Source: Raja brachyura
Taxonomy: Eukaryota
Length of the DNA stretch: 59,690 bases
NCBI GenBank assembly: GCA_963514005.1
Contig: OY740813.1
Coordinates: forward strand, 15,252,001 to 15,311,690
Direction of reading: 5' to 3'
In this document: one piece after another, positions 13,001-24,264 of the stretch
How positions within the stretch are numbered: the first letter of the stretch is position 1
How the letters are laid out: every line of letters starts with the position of its first letter
Program-made: the position numbers and the translations under genes
The notes under the pieces: generated by a model
Database searches by the model: none
What the model saw: the letters and a program-made list of their open reading frames with translations, nothing else
Told to the model about the DNA's origin: nothing

Positions 13001-16000
13001 GGTAATGTTAATGTCCGCCGAGCTTCACAGCCGTGTATCTCTGGCTTATTAAAAGTTGTCTCCATTCCATTTCCCCCCTTCTCCACCCCTCCACCCCCCC
13101 CCCCCCTTTTAAAGGACTTACGTGACCCTTCCCGTGCACTGTGCTTTCACCGTCTTAATTACAACTCCAACCTTCTGTTCATCGCGGTGTGTGTCTGTAT
13201 CAAATTGGCTTTGCACTGTGTGAATTTCACTGAGACAGCGATCCCCACGCTTGCCCTGTCCCCCACCTGCATAACTGGCTGGTGAAGGAAGCGATGTGTG
13301 TGTTCCACTCTGACAATTGTCGGTTTTTCAGGCGACTGCCGGCGACTTAACAGTCGAGACTTAACAGCTCCCAGTTAACATGGAGAGGTTGGACCGACAG
13401 ATTGTTTTTTCTGTAACGCCAGAGATTGCAGGTTGACCTGATAGAATATAAAGTTATGTGAGGCATTGAAAGGGTAGGCACAACCTTTTTTTCAGGTTGC
13501 AAAAATCAATTACTAAGGGGCATAGTTTTAAGGCAAGATAGGGGCAAAGTTTTAAGGAGATGTGCAGGGCTAGTCTTTTACACAGAGGATGGTGAGTGCC
13601 TGGAATGCATTGCCAGGAGTGGTGATTGAGACAGATATGATAGTGGCATTTACGAGACTTTTAAATAGACATATTGATATGGAGGGATATGGATTATGTG
13701 CAGGCAAATAACAATTGGTCGGCATCTTATTCGGCACAGAAATTGCTGGCCGAAAAGCCTGTTCTTGTGGTGTACTGTTGTGTGTTTTAAAGTCATGGAG
13801 AGTTCTTGTCTTACCTTTATTTTCTTTTATTTAGATCGATAAGAAGAAGGAACCAATGTCGTTAAATGTGATACCACTAACTTCACCTGAAGAGACAAAA
13901 TCTTTAAAGTAAGTTTAAAACGGATGGGCTTTCATTAAAGATTTTTTAACTTTAATAGAGTGTCACATTTTAATATCAGCTTCAGTATTGAAGAAAGTTA
14001 GTTTCAAAGAGCCAGCATCATACATTAGGGAAAGCTTTTCCACAATGTTTTTTTAGGCCCCGCACTTACCCCTGGAGGGAGGTCAGCAGGGGTACAAAGA
14101 CGACCAGTGTATGGAATTTGATGATATAAGGAAAATGACAATGGACATTAGGGGAGAAGTGAAGGGTAGATAGAACCAGGTGGGAGAGTGGGTCTGGTGA
14201 ATGAAATGTGTGGCAGTAGGTGAATGGAACCAGGAGGGTGAGGGGACAAATTAGGAGGATGGGGGCTTGGGAAGGGTGGGTGTATGTGATAGGGAACAAA
14301 AATGGAGTACCGGAGATGGATTGGTGGAGAGAGATTTATGAAAGGGAAATTTATATTTGATTTATTTTTTGGAGTTTGAAGATGTTTTGGGTAGTTTTTG
14401 TTGAAGTCCCATACAGAAGTTGGTCGAACAAGATTCAAGCATGCCGAATTGGTGGTCAGCTTCTTGTGCACTCAAATTTGGTGAACGAAGTTTGGGAGTA
14501 AATCGATTCTCTTTGCAGTGGCAGTTTCCAACTTGTGGGGTACCACAGGGAATTGTGGCTGGCTTTAATAAACTAAAAGACAGTGTTTCCAAGTTTTATA
14601 ATAATCTGGAACTGAGGGTGAATGTGAGTGTGTAGAGAGACGTCAAGTGATGTCAGCAAGAATAAGTGGTCAGATGAGGATTTTTTTTTTAGTTAGAAGA
14701 AATGGAAAATAAAATATTGGGGAACTTTGATATTCCAAGGACTGAGGTATCGTTAGATGCAGTTCACCAATAGCCTACAGCTTCAGGAAGGAAAGATAAT
14801 GATGGCTTTTATTGCAAGGGTAGGGATGGCCTTGATGAGAGCACATATTTGTATGTTTACAATTTTAACCTCCATGTGTAAAGATATTCTTGCTATAGTT
14901 GGAGTACACCAAAAATTCACTAGACGGGTTCCTGAGCACTCGTTTGTCAGATGTGGAGAGATTGAGTAAATAGGGCCTCTTCACTCTGTGTTTGGTGAAT
15001 GTTTAGAATTCTCTGTCCAGTCATTTGCAGAGGTTCAATCTTTGATTGCATTAAAACTGAGATCAGTAGACATCTGGATATTAGAGGAGGCAAGGTATAT
15101 CGGGATAAGCTGGAAAAGTGAGATAGAAGGATCATGTTGAATGGTGAAGTGGGGTTTGAGGGGCCAAATATTCTTATGTTCCTAAATCTCATGTTAGTCA
15201 GGATGTTTTAAAATGTGCTCATGTATAGTTAATGTTAAAACAAGAGGTTTGCTCAGGCACTTGAAATGCATTCAAAAACTGACTGCAGTGTGTGGGTTAG
15301 ACTTGCACGTATTCAGTTGAAGAGGAGTGCCCATACACACTTCCCTAAAGAATGAGTTCAGATTTGTTAAACAACAATTTAGCATATGTGGTCATTCATT
15401 CTGGCGCAAGCAGTGAATTGTAGCTTTATTGAATTTAGTCATGCATCTTTCACTGTGGAATTTGAACTCCGGACTTCTGCTTTCGTTGTTTATGTTACCA
15501 TAAACTGTTTACTGTAGCCATTTTAATAATAAAGTGTGAGCTGTTTTAGATTCTCAAATGGCTTTTAATTAACATAAATGGTGTAGCCGGGAATTTGTTG
15601 TGCTTTGTTTTAATTCTGTGGTGAATCGTAGTAAACTACTTGATTCTCAGCTGTATGCGCATTGCTTCATAACATCCTACCGACTAATGTTGGTGGTGGT
15701 CTTTGTTCTGAGGGCGTTTATTGCTGTTTTCACAAGCACACCATTGGTAGTTGGAAGGGAGTAGTGGTTGTTGGTAAAGATGGCTTCAGTGCCCAAGAGA
15801 AACATACCTGAAATGCCTAAAGATATAATTTAACTGTTGTGGCCAAGAATAAGAGGTCCATAAGGCTGCATAAGCTGCCATTGACAATGGCATAATGAAA
15901 TATATACCATGCTGTAACTGGAAATATTTGTGATTGTGTTGTATTGTATCGTTTTATGCTATGAGCAAAGTATAATGAATGGATGAATTTGTTTCCATGG

Positions 16001-19000
16001 TATCGTAAGTCTGGAGGTTTAAGATTTTTCTGTAGTTCTCAGACCACACGTGTGGTATAGCTCAAAATATTTGTCAGAGAGCCAGATTCTATGATTGGGA
16101 CAGTAATTTAATCTATACCGGCTGTTCTATAGTTTGCTGCAAAGTTTGTAATTGCTGAAAGTTTTACGGATTAACCATTCTTGGAGTGTTTTTAACATTT
16201 ATTAGAAATCAGCCCACCATACAAAAAAATAAAATGTACATATCAGTAATCTTGATAATTTTTATAGACCAGCCTTGTGGCAATGCCTGCCCTAATCTAC
16301 TCCTTGCATGGCAATCAAATGTTTATAACTTGTAGCATTGCTCTGTTGATTTGAGAACCACAGCCGGGCTAATATGCCATTGTTGTATATAGTTACATTG
16401 TCTGATGTCCTGTTTTGGTTGAGAAAAAGAAAGATCATCCATGCGACATGTCCTGCGACATGTCATTTAACCAACAGATTAACTGTTCATTTATCTCTCT
16501 CAATGCAAATTGACTGCTATGCTTTGTTAAATTGCAAGTAAGAAAACCTCTTCGGCAACCTATGAGGGACATAATATAAATCCAAGCTCTTTCGTTATTT
16601 CAAAATCAAATGTTCCAATTACAGTCTTTGTCTACTCATCTTGAACAAACTTCTACCCTTCATTTAGCTAGTGCAATTTTAATGGCTGAATATCTTGATT
16701 TTATTAGTAGCCTCGAGCAGGGAAGTTTCATTGATCCCTTCCCTAATAAAGTTAACTGTTTCCATTTATTTTGAAGGGCCCTGTTGAGGTTCACGATGGA
16801 AAATTGTTTCTATGCATTGATTTCACAAGCGGTGCGGTATCTGAAGGATCCATCTGTGCACTCGCGGGACAAGCAGAGGATGAAGCAGGAGCTGAGCTCG
16901 GAACTGGTAACTGAAGTTTCATGTGATCCACTGCACTGACTAGCCATTGTACAACTGATTTTAATAATTCGTTGTCGATCCTCTCCTGCTTTCTTTTGTA
17001 TTTTTAAGTATTTGAGGTTATAGTTCAATCCTAATAGTCAGTTTCATTCAAAAATAACTTTTCTTGAATCCTAGACATTGTAATTCCGTTGAGTCCCCTG
17101 ATCAGTCAAGTTAAATTATTCCAGTGTCCTGGTCAGCAATTGCGTTTTTTCCAAATGGTGATTAAAATCTTACTGATACAATTTAAGAACTGCAGTTATC
17201 AATTTGTACTGTAGAGGACACCAAAGGGCTTGAGGCTGTTAGTCAAAACAATTCATCAAACTGAAGAAGAGGGTTTTGGCCTTAAGCGGTGCCTATCTCC
17301 TTCGCTCCTTAGATGCTGCTGCACCCGCTGAGTTTCTCCAGTTTTTTGTGTACCCTCGATTTCCAGCATCTGCAGTTCCTTCTTTAACAATTCATCAAAC
17401 TGCTTGCTACAGTGCACTTAGAAAGTATTCAGACCCCTTTTTCCACAGTTTGTTACATTACAGCCTTATTTTATAAGGGATTAGATTCATTTTTTAAATT
17501 ATCAATCTACACACAATATCCCAGAATAAATAACTGAAAAGAGGTGTTTAGAAATTTTTGCAAAGTACTTAAAAAAATAACTGAAATATCAGATTTACAT
17601 AAGATTTCAGACCCTTTGCTATGACACTCAAAATCGAGCTTAGGTTCATCCTGTTTCCACTGATTATCCTTGAGATGTTTCTACAACTTGATTGAGCCCA
17701 CCAGTGGTAAATTAAATTGATTGGACATGATTTGGAAGGGCACATACCTGTCTATATAAGGTCTCACAGTTGACAGCGAATCTCAGAGCAAAAACCAAGC
17801 CATGAAGACGAAGGAATTATCCATAGACCTCAGACAGGATTGTGTCGAGACACAGATCTGGGGAAGGTTATAAAACAATTTCTGCAGGTCCCGAAGAGCA
17901 CAGTGACCTCCGTCATTCTTAAATGGAAGAACTTTGGAACCACCAGGACTTTTCATAGAGCTGGCCTCCGGCCTAACTGAGCAATCGGGGAAGAAGGGCC
18001 TTGGTCGGGGAGGTGACCAAGAACCCGATGGTCACTCTGACAGAGCTCCAGAGTTCCTCTGTGGAGATGGGAAAACCTTCCAGAAGGACAACTATATCTG
18101 CAGCACTCCACCAATCAGGCCTTTATGGTAGAGTGGCCAGACGGAAGCCACTCCTCAGTAAAAGGCACATGACAGCCCGCTTGGAGTTTGGCAAAAGGCA
18201 TCTAAAGGACTCTCAGACTATGAGAAACAAGATTCTCTGGTCTGATGAAACCAAGATTGAACTCTTTGGCCTGAATGCCAAGCGTCACGTCTGGAGGAAA
18301 CCAGGCCAATACCATACCTACGGTGAAGCATGGTGGTGGTAGCATCATGCTTTGGGGATGTTTTTCAGTGGCAGGAACTGGGAGACTAGTCAGGATCCAG
18401 GGAACGATGTACAGAGCAAACAACAGAGATATCCTTGATGAAAACCTGCTCCAGAGCGTTCTGGACCTCAGACTGGGGCGGAGTTTCACCATCCAACAGG
18501 ACAACGACCCTAAGCACACAGCCAAGACAACGCAGGAGTGGCTTTGTGACAAGTCTGTGAATGTCCTTGAGTGGCACAGCCAGAGCCCGGACTTGAACCC
18601 GATCGAACATCTCCGGAGGGACCTGAACAATTGCTGTGCATCGACGCCCCCTCATCGACCCTGACAGAGCTTGAGAGGATCTGCAGAGAACAATGGGAGA
18701 AATTATCCAAATACTGGTGTGCCCGGCTTGTAGTGTCATACCCAAGAAGACTTGAGGCTGTAATAGCTGCCGAAGGTGCCTCAAAGTACTCAGTAAAGGG
18801 TCTGAATACTTATATAAATGTGATATTTCAGTTATTTATTTTTAATTAGTTTGCAAACATTTCTAAACACCTGTTTTTGCTTTTTTATTATGGGGTATTG
18901 TGTGTAGATCGGTGGTTAAAAAAAAGAATTTAATGCATTTTAGAATAAGGCTGTAACAAAATGTGGAAAACATGAAGGGCTCTGAATACTTTCTGAATGC

Positions 19001-19670
19001 ACTGTATTCATTCTACTGTTGTATTTTATTCAGTTCCAAGCTGTGCAGAAACTGGTATACAGGCAGAATAAATCTTTAAATATGTACTGAACCACCTGGT
19101 TAGGATAATTGGTTGTTTTGGATTTGGGCTTGGTTAAATATCTGCACGATAGAAGTTGTACAGTTTTGGTCTTTTTGAAATCTTGAAAATTAATGATGTA
19201 ACTTGTAAATCTTCTGACCCATAAATTGACTGGAGTACGTGGGAACAGTATCCCTCAGGAATAATTTAAACCAATTTATGCTCTAATTCCAAAAGATCCT
19301 TGAGATAGCACCGTCTAGGATATGGATTCAGTAATGAAACTCAAATACAAAGATGAACATGTTTACTTTTGACTTTAATGTTTCAATGTAGAAATTTAAC
19401 ATAAATGAACAGTCTTGCAGAAAAATATGTAGATCATATAAAGAAATGTTGAAATATGTCCTGTCACTTAATTGCTTTTAAAATTTGTTTCAGAGCACAG
19501 TTCTGTCCAGTATTTCTCGCTATTCACGTCGTGGGGCACCATCGTCTCCTGCTGCAGCCTTACTGCTGTCTCCTTCCAACAAATCTACCTGTTCTACATC
19601 CAAGTGTCCAGAAAGCCAGGAACCCTTAATTCAGCTGGTCCAGGCCTTTGTTCGACAGATCCAGAGATAA
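912..19670 (+). CDS. NUP188: Nucleoporin NUP188, 3' part (9 coding exons, 5'-partial): join(912..1004,2139..2297,4084..4221,8087..8161,9152..9361,10312..10443,13835..13908,16777..16906,19494..19670)
   Basis: Spliced translation GATAVGGAG...SWPGVYRL...[22 protein letters not shown]...[17 protein letters not shown] is in continuous phase and matches the human NUP188 C-terminus as I recall it. Confidence 0.95.
1314..1494. mobile_element. Short Penelope-LTR-derived insert with partial inversion
   Basis: 13-bp TSD TTGGATTAGATTA (1301..1313, 1495..1507); contains CTGAAGAAGGGTC..GACC motif. Confidence 0.7.
2139..2297 (+). CDS. NUP188: NUP188 exon ([20 protein letters not shown]...VHQERILQ)
   Basis: tttcag acceptor; 159 nt; phase requires a GC donor (cag|gcaggg). 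Confidence 0.88.
3701..3865. mobile_element. Short Penelope-LTR-derived insert
   Basis: 12-bp TSD GCCAAATATCAT (3689..3700, 3866..3877). Confidence 0.7.
3948..4044 (+). mobile_element. Short Penelope-LTR-derived insert
   Basis: 11-bp TSD CCACAAAATAT (3937..3947, 4045..4055). Confidence 0.7.
4084..4221 (+). CDS. NUP188: NUP188 exon ([23 protein letters not shown]...LPQLLRDVQ)
   Basis: ttatag acceptor, gtattc donor, 138 nt. Confidence 0.92.
4265..4503 (-). mobile_element. V-SINE / HE1-type SINE
   Basis: Characteristic core ...agggagaacgtgcaaactcca...gaacctgg in reverse orientation; homologous to 45870..46115. Confidence 0.6.
4504..5100 (-). mobile_element. Penelope-like element 3' fragment (GIY-YIG endonuclease + pLTR), continues at ~7785..7865
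   Basis: ORF 4846..5088 [19 protein letters not shown]; homologous to 37770..38365. Confidence 0.75.
5198..7753 (+). mobile_element. CR1-clade LINE, 5'-truncated, ORF2 (APE endonuclease remnant + reverse transcriptase) with one in-frame stop
   Basis: ORFs 5273..6358 and 6383..7666 in the same frame; motifs [45 protein letters not shown]; TTCTATGT-type tail; possible TAAAC TSD. Confidence 0.95.
7868..8056 (-). mobile_element. CR1 ORF2 fragment
   Basis: [24 protein letters not shown] resembles [24 protein letters not shown]. Confidence 0.65.
8087..8161 (+). CDS. NUP188: NUP188 exon ([25 protein letters not shown])
   Basis: ttgcag acceptor, gtcagt donor, 75 nt. Confidence 0.9.
8336..8730. mobile_element. 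Non-autonomous Tc1/mariner-superfamily (pogo/Tigger-like) MITE
   Basis: TA at both flanks; imperfect ~25-bp TIRs CAGGTCCACC.../...GGTGGACATG; CpG-rich interior, no transposase. Confidence 0.65.
9152..9361 (+). CDS. NUP188: NUP188 exon (VKNGDTIPP...[14 protein letters not shown])
   Basis: tcgcag acceptor, gtaaat donor, 210 nt; inside ORF 9134..9403. Confidence 0.92.
10312..10443 (+). CDS. NUP188: NUP188 exon ([44 protein letters not shown])
   Basis: ctacag acceptor, gtaagg donor, 132 nt. Confidence 0.93.
10905..11175 (+). mobile_element. LINE 3' end fragment (Rex1/L2-like) with (TAT)n tail
   Basis: [11 protein letters not shown]-like coding remnant, AATAAA then (TAT)n. Confidence 0.45.
11176..11268 (-). 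mobile_element. Penelope pLTR fragment
   Basis: Near-identical to 42148..42240. Confidence 0.65.
12530..13790 (+). mobile_element. CR1 3' fragment (12530..12645 + ~13372..13790) interrupted by a GC-rich non-autonomous DNA element (~12649..13370, PIF/Harbinger-like start GGGCCTGTC)
   Basis: CR1 ORF2 tail MQLYRVLVR breaks at 12645 and resumes ~13372; insert has repeated AGGCGACTG motifs; right TIR not evident. Confidence 0.55.
13835..13908 (+). CDS. NUP188: NUP188 exon ([25 protein letters not shown])
   Basis: atttag acceptor, gtaagt donor, 74 nt, phase 0-2. Confidence 0.88.
14400..15190 (+). mobile_element. Degenerate CR1 RT/3' fragment
   Basis: [20 protein letters not shown] remnants and CR1-like tail. 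Confidence 0.6.
16777..16906 (+). CDS. NUP188: NUP188 exon ([25 protein letters not shown]...KQELSSEL)
   Basis: ttgaag acceptor, gtaact donor, 130 nt, phase 2-0. Confidence 0.92.
17264..17385 (+). mobile_element. Short Penelope-LTR-derived insert
   Basis: 17-bp TSD AACAATTCATCAAACTG (17247..17263, 17386..17402). Confidence 0.7.
17410..19004 (+). mobile_element. Full-length Tc1-family DNA transposon (IR/DR type), frameshifted transposase
   Basis: TA TSDs, ~220-bp TIRs beginning CAGTGCA with inner/outer TTCAGACCC repeats; transposase pieces [43 protein letters not shown]. Confidence 0.95.
19494..19670 (+). CDS. NUP188: NUP188 terminal coding exon ([19 protein letters not shown]...AFVRQIQR*)
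   Basis: tttcag acceptor; TAA stop followed by a second TAA. Confidence 0.93.
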   Translation, partial: STVLSSISRYSRRGAPSSPAAALLLSPSNKSTCSTSKCPESQEPLIQLVQAFVRQIQR

Positions 19671-22610
19671 TAAGGAGCAAATAAACCTCAGATTTTAATG
19701 CTCTGGAATTCACAATGAATATAACTTAAATTGCAATATTTTTCACTGTCAGTTTGCTTTTTACTGACCAAAGCTAACGTGAATACAAATGACAAAATGG
19801 ATTGGTGTGTGAAACAGAACAATTGGTAACTTAAATTTATTATTGAAAACACATTTTTGTGTATGTTTTTAAATGTACCATTTGTCTCAAAGTTAAAGAT
19901 AGGTGGAATTAAGTTACAGAATATAACGTGATAGCTTATTAGGATCAATAGCAGCTGTTTCTAAACAACAGAATTGTACAAAAGCATTCTGCAATACATG
20001 TGAGAGATCTACATCTTGTGATAAGAAATCTTGAGACTTTTTCCAATGTTGTAAAATTGTAGCAGGAAAGGTAGGAGTAAAGCTTCCTAGATAATATTTT
20101 TTATATGGCATCTTTAAACTCCATTTATTTAGATTTAAAACATGTCCTCCTAGTTGAAAGATAGCCAGTGGAAGTTACTGTGATAACAATGGGTACCTAA
20201 TTGGTCACCTGTGTTCTGAGCATCACTGTTTTATTTTTGGCTATTAAGAAAATGCATTCCAGATTGTCTGGTAGAGCCATTAAAGTTTACAGCTATTTAT
20301 TACTTTATATGCCCTGTATTTCAGCCTTTGGGCTTTTCTTGCAAAACTTACCAAAGAATCCTGAATATGTATTTCCAGCTGTTTTGTCTTCATTACTATC
20401 TGCTGTTTTTAGTCTGCTAAAGAAAACGAAGAACTAGTCCCAGAAACTATTTCAGGAGAGCTGTTGAAACGTGTTTGGGCAAAGCAATTTTAGTCACTTA
20501 AATAGTTAGTCCTGAGGTTCAGATAAGTGAAATATTTCTTTGTCAGAAAAAAAAGGGCTTTGAATATTCTTGTAAAAGGTGCTCTCGTTTTCATTGAGGG
20601 TTTTTGCAATAATTGATGATGATTAGAAGCAACCATGGACAATGTCTTCTCGGCAGGCTCTAAAATGAGAATAATGTATCAGTTGATATTGATGATTACT
20701 TTACTAGGGAAGATTATACCCATACGTTACCTAAAGGTAAATGTAATTTTGCTTGAGCATTGGCTAAGATTGTCATTGAAAAAAAAATCTTATGTTGAGG
20801 TTAATTATGTTCTAACAATATTATAGTTATTTATCAGCCCGGGCTTCCAGTTTCACCAAATGATTTGACATGATTTGTATTTAATGGATAGAATAGTGGG
20901 GGTGGTTTGCTGACAGTGAGATGCCAAGATATTCAAGCCATTTAAAATATATATTTCATGACATCCTCCCATCTTATAATTATTCACCATGGGAAAGTGC
21001 TATTGAATGTAAATTCCAAAGCACTTGCTAAATATTTTAGAAAAGCTTGCGGTCCCCAAAATAAAAAGAAAAAAAATGACTTTGTGACTAAACCAAATTC
21101 TGCAAAGAAATGTCAAAATATTAGTGAAATCTTTGGAAACAAATCATTATTGTAGAATTTTACATCTGCCCAATGATCATGTATTTAGTAAAAGATGGTT
21201 TGATTCAAGGATGCATGTCATAATCTCTATCCATGAAATTGCCGTGTGTGGTGTAACTCAATTGGTAAAACCATTCTGAGGTGGCTCTTGAGTTACGGCT
21301 AAACACAAACCATAGATACCCAGATTAACTACTGTAAACTCAATAATGTGCTCTTTCAAGGACGGTTGGTTTACATTAGATTTAAGTAGTGGACTTTTAT
21401 TTTCTTTCACTGCATAATTTACTGCCATGCACAGTATTGAAAATTTGTACTTAAGTATTTTCACAGAAAACTTTAGTCAAAATCTGTTTAATTTCACCTA
21501 CAACATAGTGTGAAATTGTACATTTAATTGACCTCCATTTAGTGTCAGACGTTTTTTTCTTGTTGTGTCACGTTTTGTTTGATAGATATAGGAGTAGGAA
21601 ATTGATTAATACTGGTGCTTGATACTTAATCAATTTGCACTATTACTTGGAGCTTATGCATTGCAGTTTTCAGTTACATGGGGAAAACAACCTTGCACTC
21701 CAGCAAAACTAAATATTTCACTATTCTATTGCTGATTGTCTGGAAATGTTTTTGACAGTCACCTTTGTTGATAGCATATATAGGTTAGTTTTAAGGCTTG
21801 ACTAATCATTGCAATCTTGACAGAGTATGTATAATAATAACTAAAAGTTTGGCACCGCCTAGTCAGGTTTGGGATGTGTGGCTTAAACCAATGCTGTCAA
21901 GGGTAAAATTGTCTTCTGAGATTTTCCAAAACGCAGTGTAATGGAAATCAAGGGGATAGTTTACTTTGAAAAAAATTTGGGTAAAAGAAACACTGATTTA
22001 CAGTTTAAATTAAAATATGTATTCCAAATAATGGCAAAAAGGTATGAAAATAGTCAGCTAGTTAAGTAAAGGCAGCAGCTGATGCTAAATAATGCGGTAT
22101 CAAATTCAATCAGTCCTGCCTGATTTCATTTAAATTGTTCATACTTTAATTTTTCTATAAAAACCTAAATCTCTATGAAGTACATTTAAGAACCATGGGG
22201 AAAGTGCTGTATACATTTAACAGGTCATACCTGTCAGGAGGACATTGATTTGAACATAGTTGGATGATAAGCTCAGATCTGTTTTTTTAAAGATTAAAAG
22301 ACTAATTCATCGATAATGTTAATAACAGAAATCATTGTAGAGAATTGCATATACCTTTTGGTTCATCTAGTTTGTAAATGTTTTTAAAACCTAAGTAGTG
22401 CCCTTATTCAAGTGTTTTGGGGGTCTGATAAAGACATTGAAGGAGTATTTAAAGCTTGTTTGGACCTGCATGCAAGTTGCTTTTTTTTATCATGTAAATA
22501 CAAGTTCCAGCGTTAACACATTCTAGTAAAGATTTGTATTGTGTGTTGGACTGTCCTGCTTTCTTTACACAACAGAATAGAAATTGAACATCAGGTAGTT
22601 TAAATTCATG

Positions 22611-22616
22611 AATAAA
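22611..22616 (+). promoter_or_regulatory. Candidate NUP188 polyadenylation signal AATAAA (a proximal one also at 19680..19685)
   Basis: AATAAA followed by T/GT-rich sequence; usage cannot be shown from DNA. Confidence 0.3.
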
Positions 22617-24258
22617 TTGACATACATCAATATGTTCATTTATTGCATCATTGATATGTATTTTTGTACTTTAACATTGTTGATTTTCACTTTCCCTGTA
22701 CTGCTTTGCGAATTTTCTCAAAATTATTTCTCAAAAAGCAGCACTAAAGTGATATTTCTGCTCTGCACCCTTCTTACTTTAATTAATCTAAATTTTGTTT
22801 AAGCTTCTGCATCTAGCATTAACTACATACTATGGATTTTAATTGCCACACTGCATCTGGAACCTGATTCTATATTCCCTGCCAGTAGAAATTCTCTGTA
22901 GAGCTCTTCTACCAAATCACATGCTTTGTATTGAACAGAGTGATTTGCCTTTCTTTATCATTAGCAACACTGACACTATCATGATTCATTTTTTTCATAA
23001 TGCAAGATTTAATTTGCATTGCTACCTTCTGTTATTTGGCAAACTGGTCAAAAATGTTCTGGACTATACCACTGTTTCCTTTATGGATTGAACAATATCC
23101 AGTAATTTAAAATTTAGTTATTTTCAATTTGTTTATCTTTACTGTTATCTGAATTTTCCCCAATTGTGTATGGAATACACATTCGTTACCTTTAGAAACT
23201 TGATAGCTGCATATGAAAGTACCACGTTTCAAAACATGTACAACTGATTTTGAACTTGAACATTGCTGTAAATGTAAAGTCATTGCAAGTTGTTTTAAAG
23301 CAGCTTAGCTTTTGTGCATATATATATAGGATGGTTAAGTTGCTTGAACATATTGCATTACTAGTTATAGTGTGACATGTTAATTTAAAAAATATGGAGT
23401 TTAGTTTACTAATGGCCTAAGCTTACTCAAGTGTGTAGTTCTTTGTTGGTTGCTGAACATGTTAAATGTTCTTCCTTACAGTGTTTAGGCACTTTGGTAC
23501 CGAGAGCACAGGAAGGAGAAATTACATGGGGCCAGTTAAAGTTGCAAGCCAAAATGAGTAATCCTGTCCCAAATGAAAACAAGCAGAATAGGTATCCATA
23601 TGTTTTTCTTCAGGATACAGTACTGCACTTCTGTAAAATGAAGAGGCACCAGGTTCCCACTGAATTTGATTGTCTTTAATCTGCAGTCTGCATGCACTGT
23701 AAACATGAATGTTAGCTTTTATTTTTAAAAAAAAGTTACATTTGAAATGGTTGTAGGAACTTGACATTTATAATAAATGAGTAATACTCAAGCAAGGTCG
23801 AGGCTGGCATCAATGTTAGCTTGTGGCTCTTGGAGAATTTCTTCAAGTTAGGGCACTTAAGCCAACTAAAGCATCCATTGATTTTATAAATTCTTTGAGC
23901 AATTAGCACAACACAACAGTGCAATAACAATATGATTGAGACAGATCTAAGACAAGACAACATGTAATTTGCATGGGTTAACAAGTCTAGTTAACCCCCA
24001 CATCTAGATTAAAGCAGCCACCAATTAAAAGCAAATCAGTCATTTATTAATTGCTGTTGACAAACACCTGTCATGGTCCTGAAGTCAGATGGTTATTAAT
24101 AGGTGACATTGCCATTATAATTACATTAGAGCTCCAGCACATTAAAAGTGACCAACTACTTTGTTATTCGCCCACAGCTGGTGCAAGTTCAACACCAATC
24201 AACATAAGGTGCTTTGGTAAGGGCTCAGTGGCTGGCCCTACAATGCCCTATGCTCCCT

Positions 24259-24264
24259 TTTATT
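24259..24264 (-). promoter_or_regulatory. Candidate RAPGEF1 polyadenylation signal AATAAA (alternatives at 24043..24048 and 23718..23723)
   Basis: TTTATT on + at the end of a long repeat-poor region downstream of the RAPGEF1 stop. Confidence 0.3.
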
